Positions 17,820 through 27,211 of a stretch of 64,000 nucleotides of DNA are shown here, piece after piece. The notes beneath the pieces are model-generated. The model saw nothing but the letters and a program-made list of their open reading frames with translations, made no database searches and was not told the DNA's origin. The stretch spans positions 5,831 to 69,830 of the forward strand of contig CAWFLS010000017.1 in NCBI GenBank assembly GCA_963816675.1. Reading direction: 5' to 3'. The position numbers were made by a program, and so were the translations under genes. Each line of letters opens with the position of its first letter. The stretch's first letter is position 1. This DNA comes from an uncultured Chloroflexia bacterium. Lineage in GTDB: Bacteria; Chloroflexota; Limnocylindria; Limnocylindrales; CSP1-4.

Positions 17820-18566
17820 CAGGCCTCCTTCCGACGACCGGCTGGGCCGAGTCCAGCGAGGCCGACAGTAGGCCAGCGGCCGTTGCCCTCCTTCACCCGT
17901 GAGGGATGACCGGATCTCGACAGCCTGACCTGTGTGACCGGACGTGGGCAGGTTCAGCGGCACGATGTGCGAAGGTGCAGATGCTTCGCCGGCCTGGTCG
18001 TGAAGGACGCCACGGTGGGTACGAGCGCGCGTCCAAGCCAGGCTGAGGACGTTCGCCAGATCATCAACTCGTGGAGTCGAGGACAGTGCCATCGATCCGG
18101 TACCTAGCGGACTGTTCTTCGGTCGGCGCTGGCTGAGCGCAGGACAAACCGCGGAACGGCGACAGGCGGCGGTGGGCGAGTCCAGTCGCTCTCTGCTTCC
18201 GGCTAGGGCGATCCCTCCGGTGAAACTCGGTAAGGCCCACTCTTGTCTGCGACTCGGCGCACAGTTGAGGCGTTCTCACGCAAGGATGGCCGCTGCGCAC
18301 CAACGACGGCAATCCTCTCGAGGGGCCATTTCCAAGCACCCAGCCAAGTCAGGTCCATCTAGCTCGGATGGGCCGTGGCCGTCCAACACGTCCGCTGTCT
18401 CCGCGAGCGGATCGCGGCGGCTCCGCGCCCTCACGCGCACATCAAGCCTGCAGCTCCGAACGTTCAAGGGTGACGAATTCGGGGCGAATTCGACGAGCTT
18501 GGGCATGGAGATCCTTCGTTCACGGCCCTGCGTTGCGAAGAAGACAATCTGACCCTGGAGTGCGGA

Positions 18567-19376
18567 TCAGACCGGCTCGAATGTGGAGAGCAGTGCCTCG
18601 AGCGCGGCCTGGTCAGGTCCGACGAAAGAGGGTGCGTCGGGAGCCTCGGCGAGTGCGGCCAGGAGCTGGGCGTTCATCCCGATCGCCGGCGGGAGGTGCG
18701 AGCTGAAGATGCCGGACGGGTCGAGCGCACGGATCGCTTCGACCTGTGGGTCGTATTTCGCGCGGTCAATGTACGTCACCCAGGGGCTGTCGATCGCGGC
18801 CCAGAGCAACTGGCCACCCCGGCGTTCCTCGGCTGTGATCGCCGCTGCGTCACCTCCGGTCGCCAGGTCGCTGCTCGACAGCGGTGCACCGAAGCAGTCA
18901 GAGGAGAAGAACGCACCCGTCGACCGGTCGAGGAAGCCCACGGTCGCAGGATTGTCGAAGAGCGGCGGACGGTGGCCCAGGAGGACGCGGTCCCCGATGT
19001 CGAGGCTGTCGCCCGGGTTCACGAAGTAGACCCGGTGCAGCGGAACCTCCCATTGGGTCGACATGATCCCGACTCCGATGAACGTCGTGACCAGCCTGGC
19101 CTGCGGTGCTGCCTCGAGCAGCTCCCAGAGGCCGCCGGTGTGGTCCCGATCCGGGTGGGTGATCCAGACCCACCGCACGTCGACAGGGTCGATCACCTTC
19201 GACAGCTCGGAGACGAAGTCCTTGTCCGGAGTGCTGAGTCCGGTGTCGACAACGACCGGCTGGTCGGCGTGCAACACGTAGGCGTTCACGGGCAGGTGCC
19301 CGATCCCGGGCACCTCCGCACTGTCGCCGAGCACGGTCACGTCGCCGTGGCGGTGGGTTTCGAGTAGCTGGGTCAT
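18567..19376 (-). CDS. MBL-fold metallo-hydrolase
   Basis: ATG 19376 begins MTQLLETHRHGDVTVLG... Metal motif is WITHPDRDHTGG. 269 aa, intact. Confidence 0.8.
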   Translation of the reverse strand: MTQLLETHRHGDVTVLGDSAEVPGIGHLPVNAYVLHADQPVVVDTGLSTPDKDFVSELSKVIDPVDVRWVWITHPDRDHTGGLWELLEAAPQARLVTTFIGVGIMSTQWEVPLHRVYFVNPGDSLDIGDRVLLGHRPPLFDNPATVGFLDRSTGAFFSSDCFGAPLSSSDLATGGDAAAITAEERRGGQLLWAAIDSPWVTYIDRAKYDPQVEAIRALDPSGIFSSHLPPAIGMNAQLLAALAEAPDAPSFVGPDQAALEALLSTFEPV

Positions 19377-19671
19377 GAATGGCTCCCGGTGCTCCGAAGA
19401 AACCGCGACCGCGAGCAAGCCGGATGCCTGCCCGCGACCGAGAACGCGGCAGAAGTAGACCGCCAACAGGCGCCCCTGGCGACCTCTACTTCGGAGGCTA
19501 GGCTGACCCGCGATTGCTGACCAAGACCCCCATCCGAGTGGTCTTGACCGCTGCTCGGCATGACGCGCGGACTTCTCCCGAGTCTTGTGCACCAGACCAC
19601 GACCGGCTGCTGACGGGGAAGCCTCAGGTTTCTTCGTGCGCTGTAGGCGTTTTCAGGGTGGGCGTAGTGCC

Positions 19672-21060
19672 CTACCGAAGGCGGGCCAGTAGCTGGGTCC
19701 CGAGGTCGCTCGCGTCGTTCGCGACGTCGGAGAGGACTATGACTGCCTTGTGCTCGGGCGCGGTCCAGGCCGAGGTAGGAGGCGTAGCCGCCGGTCTGCC
19801 CCGCGTGCGAGGTGATGGTCTGCCCGGTCTCCCAGGTGGACACCTCCCAGAAGGCGCCGACGCGGGAGTTCGACTCGTCTGTGCCGTTCGTGGGCTCGAG
19901 CGCGGACATGCCGGGGGCTGTGCCGTCGAGGAGCGCGGTCGCGAGCTTCGCCAGATCGCGGGTCGTGGAGACGGCGGCAGCGCCTGGGGCGTACGCGTCC
20001 ATCACCCATGGCTGAACCGGGAGGCCGGTCGCCGACTGACCGCCCTCGACGAGTGGGTGGTCGACCTCGATCGCGGTGTGCCGCATGCCGAGCGGCTCGA
20101 ACAGGCGGGTGCGCATCAGGTCTGGGTACGACATGTGGGCTGCCGCCGCGACCGCTTGACCGGCGAGGGCCGACCCCAGGGTGGAGTACGCGTAGTCGCC
20201 CCGACCACTCAGGTCCTGCGCACGAGCCTCGCTGGTCATCTGCGCGCTCGTGCTCGTGAAGAAGTTCAGGCCCAGCGGGGCTTTCCACGCCGCCTGGCGA
20301 AGGGTGCTGTTCCCGAACTCGGCGATGCCGCTGCTGTGGGTGACCAGCTCGTGCATCGTGACGGTGCCGGCTGGTGACCCCTCCAGCTGGCGGAGGTACG
20401 TGGACACGGGGACGTCCATCCGGATCTCGCCGCGTCGTACGGCGTCTGCGATGACCAGCCCGGTCATCGCCTTGGTCATCGAACCGACCTCCATCGGCGT
20501 GGTGCCGTCAGCACCGATCCCGGCCAGCCGCACCGGTTGGGTCGCGTCCAGGTCGACCTCCGCGACCGCGACGCTCTCGTAGCCCGCCAGCATGCCCATG
20601 CTGGCCTGATGGTCCAGGTGCGCCAGGACCGTGGAGTCGCCGTTTCGCGCGGTGGCCAGGTCCGGGGCCAGCGCCCAGGACACGACCGCGACCGTGACCG
20701 CACCGATGAGCACGGTGAGGACAAGGCGACGCGTGACGACGTAGCTGCCAAGCAGCACGGCAAGCATGAGCAGCGCCTTCCAGCTGTCGTCTGCGTACTG
20801 GCCGAAACGTCCACCACCCACTGAGTCAGGATCATCGTGGCGGGAATGGCGATCAGCACGGCGGCGACGAGCAGCTTGCCCGGCCAGCGGCGCGCGAACG
20901 TGGCCGTGTCACGAGCGAGCAGCACCCCGAGCAGCCGGCGTCGGGTCCCAGCCTGGACGGGAGAGGGTGGCTGGTCAGTGGGCGCTGTGGTCGTGTCCAG
21001 GAGGAGACCCCCTGTGGGAGCCATCAGCTGAGGTGGAGCACATGGGCGACGGGCATGCAT
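19672..21060 (-). CDS. serine hydrolase / beta-lactamase family protein with N-terminal membrane segments; >=2 frame breaks
   Basis: SxxK motif GSMTKAMTGLVIADAV. The C-terminus resumes in another frame after ..YLGLDRAR as KAVIVLSDVANDASDLGTQLLARLR* (stop at 19672; break near 19745). The N-terminal TM region ..FARRWPGKLLVAAVLIAIPATMILTQW is in ORF 20476..21060 (break near 20800). Confidence 0.7.
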
Positions 21061-21152
21061 TCAGCGTGCGGCCGGCCCGACCGAGCCACAAGGACACGTT
21101 GTTGACGATGTCAGCCACTCCCACGGCGTACCGTCGAAGGCATGGACCTCCG

Positions 21153-22136
21153 ATGACCGCCGAGCGCACGGTCGTCATCGTCACCTTCGACACGGCCCAG
21201 ATCCTCGATGTCACCGGGCCGCTCGAGGTCTTCTCCAGTGCCTCGCGGTTCCTGCCTTCGGTGCAGTACGACGCTCAGGTCGTGACCACGCAGGGCGGGC
21301 CGGTCCGCGCGAGCTGCGGACTGGAGTTCGCCTCGTCCGCCCTTGCTGACGTTGCCGGTCCCGTCGACACCCTCATGGTTGCTGGCGGAGCCGACATGGA
21401 CGCCGCGGTCGCAGACACGGAGCTGCTCGCGCACGTACGGCGGCTGGCCGCTGACGCGCGCCGCGTGACCTCGGTCTGCTCCGGGGCGTTCGTGCTCGCG
21501 GCGGCCGGACTGCTGGAGGGCCGGCGAGCGACCACGCACTGGGCGGAGTGTGGCCTGCTTGACGACACCTACACCGGTGTCACTGTCGATCCCGACGCCA
21601 TCTACGTGCACGACGGCAACGTCTGGACCTCCGCAGGCGTCACCGCCGGCATCGACCTCGCGCTTGCTCTCGTCGCTGACGACAACGGGCACCAGGCCGC
21701 CGCAACGGTCGCGCGGCAACTGGTCGTCTACCTTCAGCGCTCCGGTGGCCAGGCGCAGTTCTCTGCGGTTCTGGCTGGACAGGCCGCCGACAGCGAACCG
21801 GTTCGCGACCTGCTGTCCTGGCTGCGCGACCACCTCACCGACGACCTCTCCTTGGCCGCGCTGGCCAGGCAGATCAATCTCTCCGAACGGCAGTTCACCC
21901 GCGTGTTCAAGGCCGAAGTGGGCGCCACCGCTGCGGACCATGTCGAAACCGTTCGGCTCGAGTCCGCTTGCCGCCTCCTGGAGACCACCAACAGGTCGAT
22001 CGAACAGGTCGCCAAGACCTGCGGCTTCGGGACACCCGAGACCATGAACCGCAGCTTCCGTCGCCGCCTCGACACCACGCCGGGCGAGCATCGCCATCAC
22101 TTCCGGGGCGACGCTGTGCCCGACGGCAGTGCGTGA
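21153..22136 (+). CDS. GlxA family transcriptional regulator (DJ-1/PfpI domain + AraC-type HTH)
   Basis: MTAERTVVIVTFDTAQILDVTGPLEVF..VTSVCSGAFVLAAAGLLEGRRATTHW.. plus a C-terminal AraC HTH (LAALARQINLSERQFTRVFKAEVG..IEQVAKTCGFGTPETMNRSFRR). An alternative ATG lies at 21108. Confidence 0.85.
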   Translation: MTAERTVVIVTFDTAQILDVTGPLEVFSSASRFLPSVQYDAQVVTTQGGPVRASCGLEFASSALADVAGPVDTLMVAGGADMDAAVADTELLAHVRRLAADARRVTSVCSGAFVLAAAGLLEGRRATTHWAECGLLDDTYTGVTVDPDAIYVHDGNVWTSAGVTAGIDLALALVADDNGHQAAATVARQLVVYLQRSGGQAQFSAVLAGQAADSEPVRDLLSWLRDHLTDDLSLAALARQINLSERQFTRVFKAEVGATAADHVETVRLESACRLLETTNRSIEQVAKTCGFGTPETMNRSFRRRLDTTPGEHRHHFRGDAVPDGSA

Positions 22137-22150
22137 GGAGTACGCACGAC

Positions 22151-23242
22151 TCACGTCCGGGACCCGTCAGCCCCGGCAGGTGGGATCAGCACGAGCTTCC
22201 CGACGTGCGACTTGTCGAGGAAATCCTTCTGCGCCTGAGCGATCTCGGCGAGTGGGTATGAGCGAGCGACCACTGGGCGTACTTCGCCGCTCTCGAGGTA
22301 GGCGACCAGGTTCTCGAAGACCTCGTCGTACTGGAACGTGCAACCGAAGAGGGAAAGGTCCTTGAGGTACAGGGTCCGCAGGTCGAGCTCTGCGATTGGC
22401 CCGGCGATGGCCCCCGACACGGCGTACCGCCCACCGGGACGCAGGACGTCCAGCAACTGCGAAAAGCCAGGTCCGCCAACCACATCGATCACCACGTCGA
22501 CGGATGATCGCCCGAGCTCACGGACCAGATCAGTGTCACGGTCGACGGTCTGATCGGCACCCTCGGCCAGCACGCTCGCAGACTTCGCGCTCGAGCAGAC
22601 CGCGATCACGGTGGCGCCTCGTCGCTTGGCAAGCTGGACTGCGGCGAGTCCGACACCACCGGAGGCTCCGGTCACCAGGACCCGCTCTTTGCCGACCGCA
22701 GCACGATGCAACATGTTCTCCGCGGTCCCGTAGGAGCAGGGTGCGGCCGCCAGCTCCTCGTCGGTCAGGTCGCTGCGCACTGCACGCGTGTCCTCAGACG
22801 GAGCAACCGCGAACTGCGCGAAGCCACCGTCGCACTCGCTGCCGAACGTCCACACCTCGAACGGCCGAAAGCCCACAGGTGTGCGCAGCATGGTCCGCAC
22901 GATGACGCGTTCGCCGATCCGGTCGGGCGAGACTCCCTCACCCACCTCCACGACACGACCGCAGACATCCGCGCCCTGGATGCGCGGGAACTCCAGTGCG
23001 GCACCGGACCAAGATCCATCCACACCATCGAAAGCGTCATAACCCGCCACGCCGCCGTCGCCGGTCGCCGCAGTGACTGCCTTCGAGTACCAACCGATGC
23101 GGGTGTTGATGTCGGTGTTGTTGACGCCCGCGGCGAGGACCTCGATGAGCACCTGACCGCTGGCCGGGCGAGGAACCGGCCAGTCGGTCCGGTACTCCAG
23201 CTTCTCCAAGCCACCGTGCCCGGTGAGGATCACAGCCGCCAT
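22151..23242 (-). CDS. zinc-binding/quinone oxidoreductase (MDR superfamily)
   Basis: MAAVILTGHGGLEKLEYRTDWPVPRPASGQVLIEV..VTGASGGVGLAAVQLAKRRGA. The track ORF extends to a TTG at 23257. Confidence 0.8.
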   Translation of the reverse strand: MAAVILTGHGGLEKLEYRTDWPVPRPASGQVLIEVLAAGVNNTDINTRIGWYSKAVTAATGDGGVAGYDAFDGVDGSWSGAALEFPRIQGADVCGRVVEVGEGVSPDRIGERVIVRTMLRTPVGFRPFEVWTFGSECDGGFAQFAVAPSEDTRAVRSDLTDEELAAAPCSYGTAENMLHRAAVGKERVLVTGASGGVGLAAVQLAKRRGATVIAVCSSAKSASVLAEGADQTVDRDTDLVRELGRSSVDVVIDVVGGPGFSQLLDVLRPGGRYAVSGAIAGPIAELDLRTLYLKDLSLFGCTFQYDEVFENLVAYLESGEVRPVVARSYPLAEIAQAQKDFLDKSHVGKLVLIPPAGADGSRT

Positions 23243-23294
23243 GGTGCTCGGTATCAAGGTCGGGTCCTTTCTGGCTGCCCGACATCGTCACGCG

Positions 23295-24375
23295 TCAGAC
23301 ATCGACCACGATGTCAGTTGTCGGGGTGGAGGAACACAGCAGGATCTTGTTCTGCTCGATCTCCCGCTTGCGGATCCCGCCGCCGTGGTTCATCTCGACG
23401 TTGCCAGAGATGAGCGTGCTCTTGCACGTGCCGCAGACGCCTTCTCCGCAGGAGGACGGGAGTGTCAGGCCTGCGAGCGCGGCGGCAGTGAGGATCGAGG
23501 TTCCGGCGTCGCAGGTGATCGTGCGCGCCGAACGACGGAGCTCGATGGAGTGCACGCTCGTCTCGGCCTGAGCCGAGGGGCCGCTCGGCACAGGCGTGTC
23601 TGCTGCCACTGCCTTCGTGAAGTCGAAGCTCTCCTCGTGACAACGCGTCGGATCGACCCCTGCCTGCGCCAGGATGCTGCGGACCGCATCCATGTAGGGA
23701 GCAGGCCCGCAGGTGAAGACCTCGCGCTCCGTGAGGTCCGGCACCGCCTCACGGAGCAGCGGGAGGCTCAGGCGCCCACGTGGTCCGTGCCAGGCCTCGA
23801 CATCGGAGTCCTGCTCGCAGACCGCGACGACCCGGAAGCCGTCAAGGCTCGCGTGCAGCTGTGCGAGCTCAGCGCGGAAGATGATGTCAGCGGGAGTTCG
23901 GGCGCTGTGTACGAACGTGATGTCACTCGTCGAAGCAAGGTCGGTCGAGGTGCGCACCATCGACATCAGCGGGGTGATCCCACTGCCGGCTGACAGGAAG
24001 AGATACCTCTTCGCGGGGTGCTGCGATGCACTGAACCGTCCGTTGCGGTCCCGACACCCAGAGCCGCGTGCCGGTTTGGACGTGGTCGTGCAGCCAGTTC
24101 GAGACAGGGCCGTCCGGAACGCGCTTGACCGTGATGGTCAGCGAGTCAGGTCGCGTGGGAGCTGACGCGATGGTGTAGCAGCGACTCAGCAGCTCCCCGT
24201 CGATCTCTGCCGTGAGAGTGACGTACTGGCCGGGGTCGAAGCGAAGCATCGTCGGCTCGTCGGCCCGGAGCGTGAAGCTCATGACGTCGTGGGTCTCCTG
24301 CCGTACGCCGATGCAGACCAACGGCTGGTCGATCTCCTCGCGCCAGAGAGCAGGACGCACAGGGGCGCTGGTCAT
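23295..24375 (-). CDS. FAD/NAD(P)-binding ferredoxin reductase with C-terminal plant-type 2Fe-2S domain (oxygenase reductase component); one frame break
   Basis: FAD motif RCYTIAS. NAD motif YLFLSAGSGITPLMSM is read only after a shift near 24040 (ORFs 23923..24534 and 23295..23966). 2Fe-2S motif is SSCGEGVCGTCKS..LLCSS. Confidence 0.8.
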
Positions 24376-24545
24376 GACGGGAGGTGACCGCGTACCCGGT
24401 CGACGTACCAGTTGGTGAGGGCGTTCACCTGGTACTCGGTGGGGGCGTACGGACCGGGCTGGTAGGCGGGGCTGCTCACCCCTTGGTGTGCGCGTGCGCA
24501 AAGTGCGGCGTCCTGATCGTTGGTCTGGCGCCACACGTGGGTGAT
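24372..24545 (-). pseudogene. 3'-terminal remnant of a Rieske-type oxygenase alpha subunit
   Basis: HVWRQTNDQDAALCARAHQGVSSPAYQPGPYAPTEYQVNALTNWYVDRVRGHLPS* fits the W.Q...QD..C...Q.G..S..Y..G.Y..E......WY tail pattern of this family. The stop overlaps the reductase ATG (ATGA at 24372-24375). High GC3 in this frame stops near 24545, and no N-terminal Rieske domain is present upstream. Confidence 0.45.
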
Positions 24546-24884
24546 GTCACGGCTGGATTCACGTGGACCGCTTCCTGGACGGGCGCGGTCACGTACAGCC
24601 CGTCGGACCCGGGTGGCACGAGCTTCACGACGGTGATCCCGGGCGGTGGGGTCGTGGACGTGACCGTCACGAACGTCCGTGCGGTCGGCATGGTCCCACC
24701 ACCACCACCGCCGCCGACGCCGTGTCCGTGCGACACGATCGCGCCGCCGGCGCCCGGCGCAGCGACGACCGATCTCACGCCGATCGTCGTGATCCTGTGC
24801 GGTCTCATCGGCGGTTTGTGGGTGCTCTCACCGGGCGGGCTTCGCCGCCGTAGCCGGACGACCCGAATGCCAGACGATCTCTAG
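24546..24884 (+). other. possible 3' fragment of a surface/secreted protein (Ig-like beta segment, Pro-rich linker, C-terminal TM + Arg tail)
   Basis: The + frame reads ..FTWTASWTGAVTYSPSDPGGTSFTTVIPGGGVVDVTVTNVRAVGMVPPPPPPPTPCPCDTIAPPAPGAATTDLTPIVVILCGLIGGLWVLSPGGLRRRSR..*. GC3 is high. It has no N-terminus of its own, because upstream it runs antisense into the Rieske tail. Confidence 0.3.
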
Positions 24885-25000
24885 CGAGCCTGATCGACCG
24901 CTCGCGTCTCTCGGCGATGCGACCGGCAACACACGCCCCTGTAGGCCAACCACTCGCCCTGCTCGGGACCCACCGACCCCACCGGGCTACCATCGCGCCC

Positions 25001-26002
25001 ATGGATTACGGAATGTGCCTGCCCAACTTCCCCGATGGCGCCTCGCCCGAGGGCATCGACGCCGCCGCCGACGCCGCGGAACGTCTCGGCTTCTCGACCG
25101 TGTGGACGACGGACCACGTCCTCGTGCCGCACTCAGCGTCGGCCGACTACGGCCAGATCTACGACGCGATCCTGACGCTCGCGTGGGTCGGCGCCCGGTA
25201 CTCGACGATCCGGCTCGGGACCAGCGTGATCGTCGTCCCGCAGCGGAACGCGGTGGTCCTGGCCAAGGAGCTCGCATCGCTCGATTCGCTCAGCGGCGGA
25301 CGGGTCACGGCGGGCGTCGGCATCGGCTGGAACGAGGCCGAGTTCGCCAACCTCGGCATGTCGGACCGCTTCCATGTCCGGGGCGCCTACCTCGATGAGA
25401 CGATCCGGCTGTGGCGTCATCTCTGGTCGGGCTCGACCGAGCCCTTCGAAGGGCGATTCCACCCGCTGACGGATTACGCCTTCGGGCCATTGCCGCCGCA
25501 GGGGGCGTCGTTGCCGATCCTCGTCGGTGGCCGGGCAGAGGCGGCGCTCCGCCGCGCCGGGGCACTGGCCGACGGCTACCACTCGAGCGCGACGAGTCCA
25601 GCGGCCTTCGCCGAGCGGCTTCCGGCCGTCCGAGCGGGAGCAGATGCGGCCGGGCGGCAGATGCCGTCGCTGTCCGCCCGTGTGCGCGTCCAGTTCGACA
25701 CGACCGCAGGCTCGGGATACGCGATGCGCGGCTCTCCCGAGCAGATCGCGGCCGAGATCGGGACGTGGGCCGGCCTCGGCGTGACCCATCTGGCCCTGTG
25801 GTTCGGAACGACCGACCCCGACGAGGTGGTCGCGCGTGCCGAGCGGTTCGATCGCGAGGTCGCCCCGCTCGCCGCGGGCGCCGGCGGCCTGACGCTAGCG
25901 CGCGACGCGCGGCTGACGCCTCGCTGGCCCGCGCCCGGTTCAGCGACGCAACCGGACGACAGCGAGAGCCGCGGACGTTCGACCCACGGCCAAACCCGAT
26001 AA
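25001..26002 (+). CDS. LLM-class (luciferase-like) F420-dependent oxidoreductase
   Basis: MDYGMCLPNFPDGASPEGIDAAADAAERLGFSTVWTTDHVL..LGTSVIVVPQRNAVVLAKELASLDSLSGGRVTAGVGIGWNEAEF. The last ~45 codons overlap the convergent MFS gene. Confidence 0.8.
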   Translation: MDYGMCLPNFPDGASPEGIDAAADAAERLGFSTVWTTDHVLVPHSASADYGQIYDAILTLAWVGARYSTIRLGTSVIVVPQRNAVVLAKELASLDSLSGGRVTAGVGIGWNEAEFANLGMSDRFHVRGAYLDETIRLWRHLWSGSTEPFEGRFHPLTDYAFGPLPPQGASLPILVGGRAEAALRRAGALADGYHSSATSPAAFAERLPAVRAGADAAGRQMPSLSARVRVQFDTTAGSGYAMRGSPEQIAAEIGTWAGLGVTHLALWFGTTDPDEVVARAERFDREVAPLAAGAGGLTLARDARLTPRWPAPGSATQPDDSESRGRSTHGQTR

Positions 26003-27190
26003 CCCGACCACGCCGCTGACGATCACCACCGCCGGCCCGAGAGCAACCGCCGACAACAGCGCCCCCACGGCAGCCGGCGTGGCGAGCAGGGCCGCCGCCC
26101 GGAACACCCCGGTCACGGACATCACGTCGCCCTGCTCGTCGGGGCCTGCCGCGAGGCTCGCGAGCGCCGGCGCCAGTGCGGTGACCGCGCCACTCGCGGC
26201 ACCGCCGGCGAGAAGCAGCGCGAGATAGATCCCGATGAGCCCCGGAGCGACCGCCAGCGCGGCGAGGGACGCGATGGTGGCGGCGCAACCGACGCGAACG
26301 ACCCGACGAACACGGTCCGCGGCCACGCCGCGCAGAGCGACAAGGGCAGCGATGCTCGCGCCTTCGGATGCCGTGATGAGCCAGCCGACGCCCTGCGGGT
26401 CGATGCCGGCGCCGACGAGGATGACCGGGATGTACGAGCCGACCATCGACCACCAGCCACCGCCCACGACACTCGCCCAGGCGGCGATGTCGACGCCTTC
26501 ACGGCGGAGCAGGCGCAACGTCCCCGCCGAACGCCGCCGGTCGTAGGGATCCAGGCGGACGAGGAGCGGCGTGCCGATCGCCGCGACCAGCGCTCCGATC
26601 GCAGCCGCGCCGAGCGCGAACTGCAAGCCAAGCGCCGCGAGTGAACCGGCAAGGGCCGGGCCGATCAGCGTCCCGACGTTGCCGGCCGTGTTCAAGTCGA
26701 CGAGCCGCGTCACCGGCTCTCCGCCGCCTCGGACGGCGTGCGTCTGGCTCCCGGTCCAGAAGATCGCCCGTGCCGTTCCCTGGAAGAGCTGTGCGGCCAC
26801 GAATACGGGCAACGCGGTGCTGCCGAGGAGAAGCCCGAAGCCCGACAGCATGAGGAGACTCGCGACCGCGATGAGCGTCCGGTCGGGCAGCCAGCCGAGC
26901 AGCCACGGGAGGATCAGCCGCGTGCCGAGCTGTGCCGCCGCGGATGTGGCCACGAGGAACCCGACGGCAGCCTCGTCGTACCCGGCGTCGAGCGCCAGGA
27001 GAGGGATCGCGACGGTCGCGACGCCAAGCCCGACCGAGAACCCGAAGGCGACGACCAGCGACGTGACGCGATCCACGCGGGGACTCGTCGGGCGCGTCAA
27101 GCGGGCGACACCATGGCCACGCACGGACTCTGCGGCGCACGAGCGCCGCCCGTCAACGCCGCGGCCGACTTTTCCGTCGACCGGCTGCAC
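25940..27190 (-). CDS. MFS transporter (start uncertain, 27076-27190)
   Basis: ~12 hydrophobic segments (..SLVVAFGFSVGLGVATVAIPLLAL..LFQGTARAIFWTGSQTH..). GTG 27076 would give 378 aa. GTG 27190 would leave only 21 nt before the divergent STAND gene. Confidence 0.75.
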   Translation of the reverse strand: MQPVDGKVGRGVDGRRSCAAESVRGHGVARLTRPTSPRVDRVTSLVVAFGFSVGLGVATVAIPLLALDAGYDEAAVGFLVATSAAAQLGTRLILPWLLGWLPDRTLIAVASLLMLSGFGLLLGSTALPVFVAAQLFQGTARAIFWTGSQTHAVRGGGEPVTRLVDLNTAGNVGTLIGPALAGSLAALGLQFALGAAAIGALVAAIGTPLLVRLDPYDRRRSAGTLRLLRREGVDIAAWASVVGGGWWSMVGSYIPVILVGAGIDPQGVGWLITASEGASIAALVALRGVAADRVRRVVRVGCAATIASLAALAVAPGLIGIYLALLLAGGAASGAVTALAPALASLAAGPDEQGDVMSVTGVFRAAALLATPAAVGALLSAVALGPAVVIVSGVVGLSGLAVGRTSAALAVVRLRR

Positions 27191-27211
27191 GGGCTATGGG
27201 AGCATGGCTCG

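Noticed and set aside
17820-18566. Possible structured RNA gene (RNase P, tmRNA, SRP, cobalamin riboswitch) in the ORF-poor stretch
   Set aside because: None of the invariant boxes I know are present (GAGGAAAGUCC / ACAGAAA for RNase P, the tmRNA tRNA-like 3' end, the SRP GGAA-tetraloop helix, the B12 box). It is left as an unexplained region rather than called.
24476-24808. - strand ORF (110 aa) that could extend the Rieske oxygenase remnant after a frameshift
   Set aside because: It contains a GGGGGGG run that is simply the antisense of the + strand PPPPPPP linker. I could not find 2-His-1-carboxylate or Rieske Cys/His motifs. I kept it as an open alternative in the breakpoint finding but did not annotate it.
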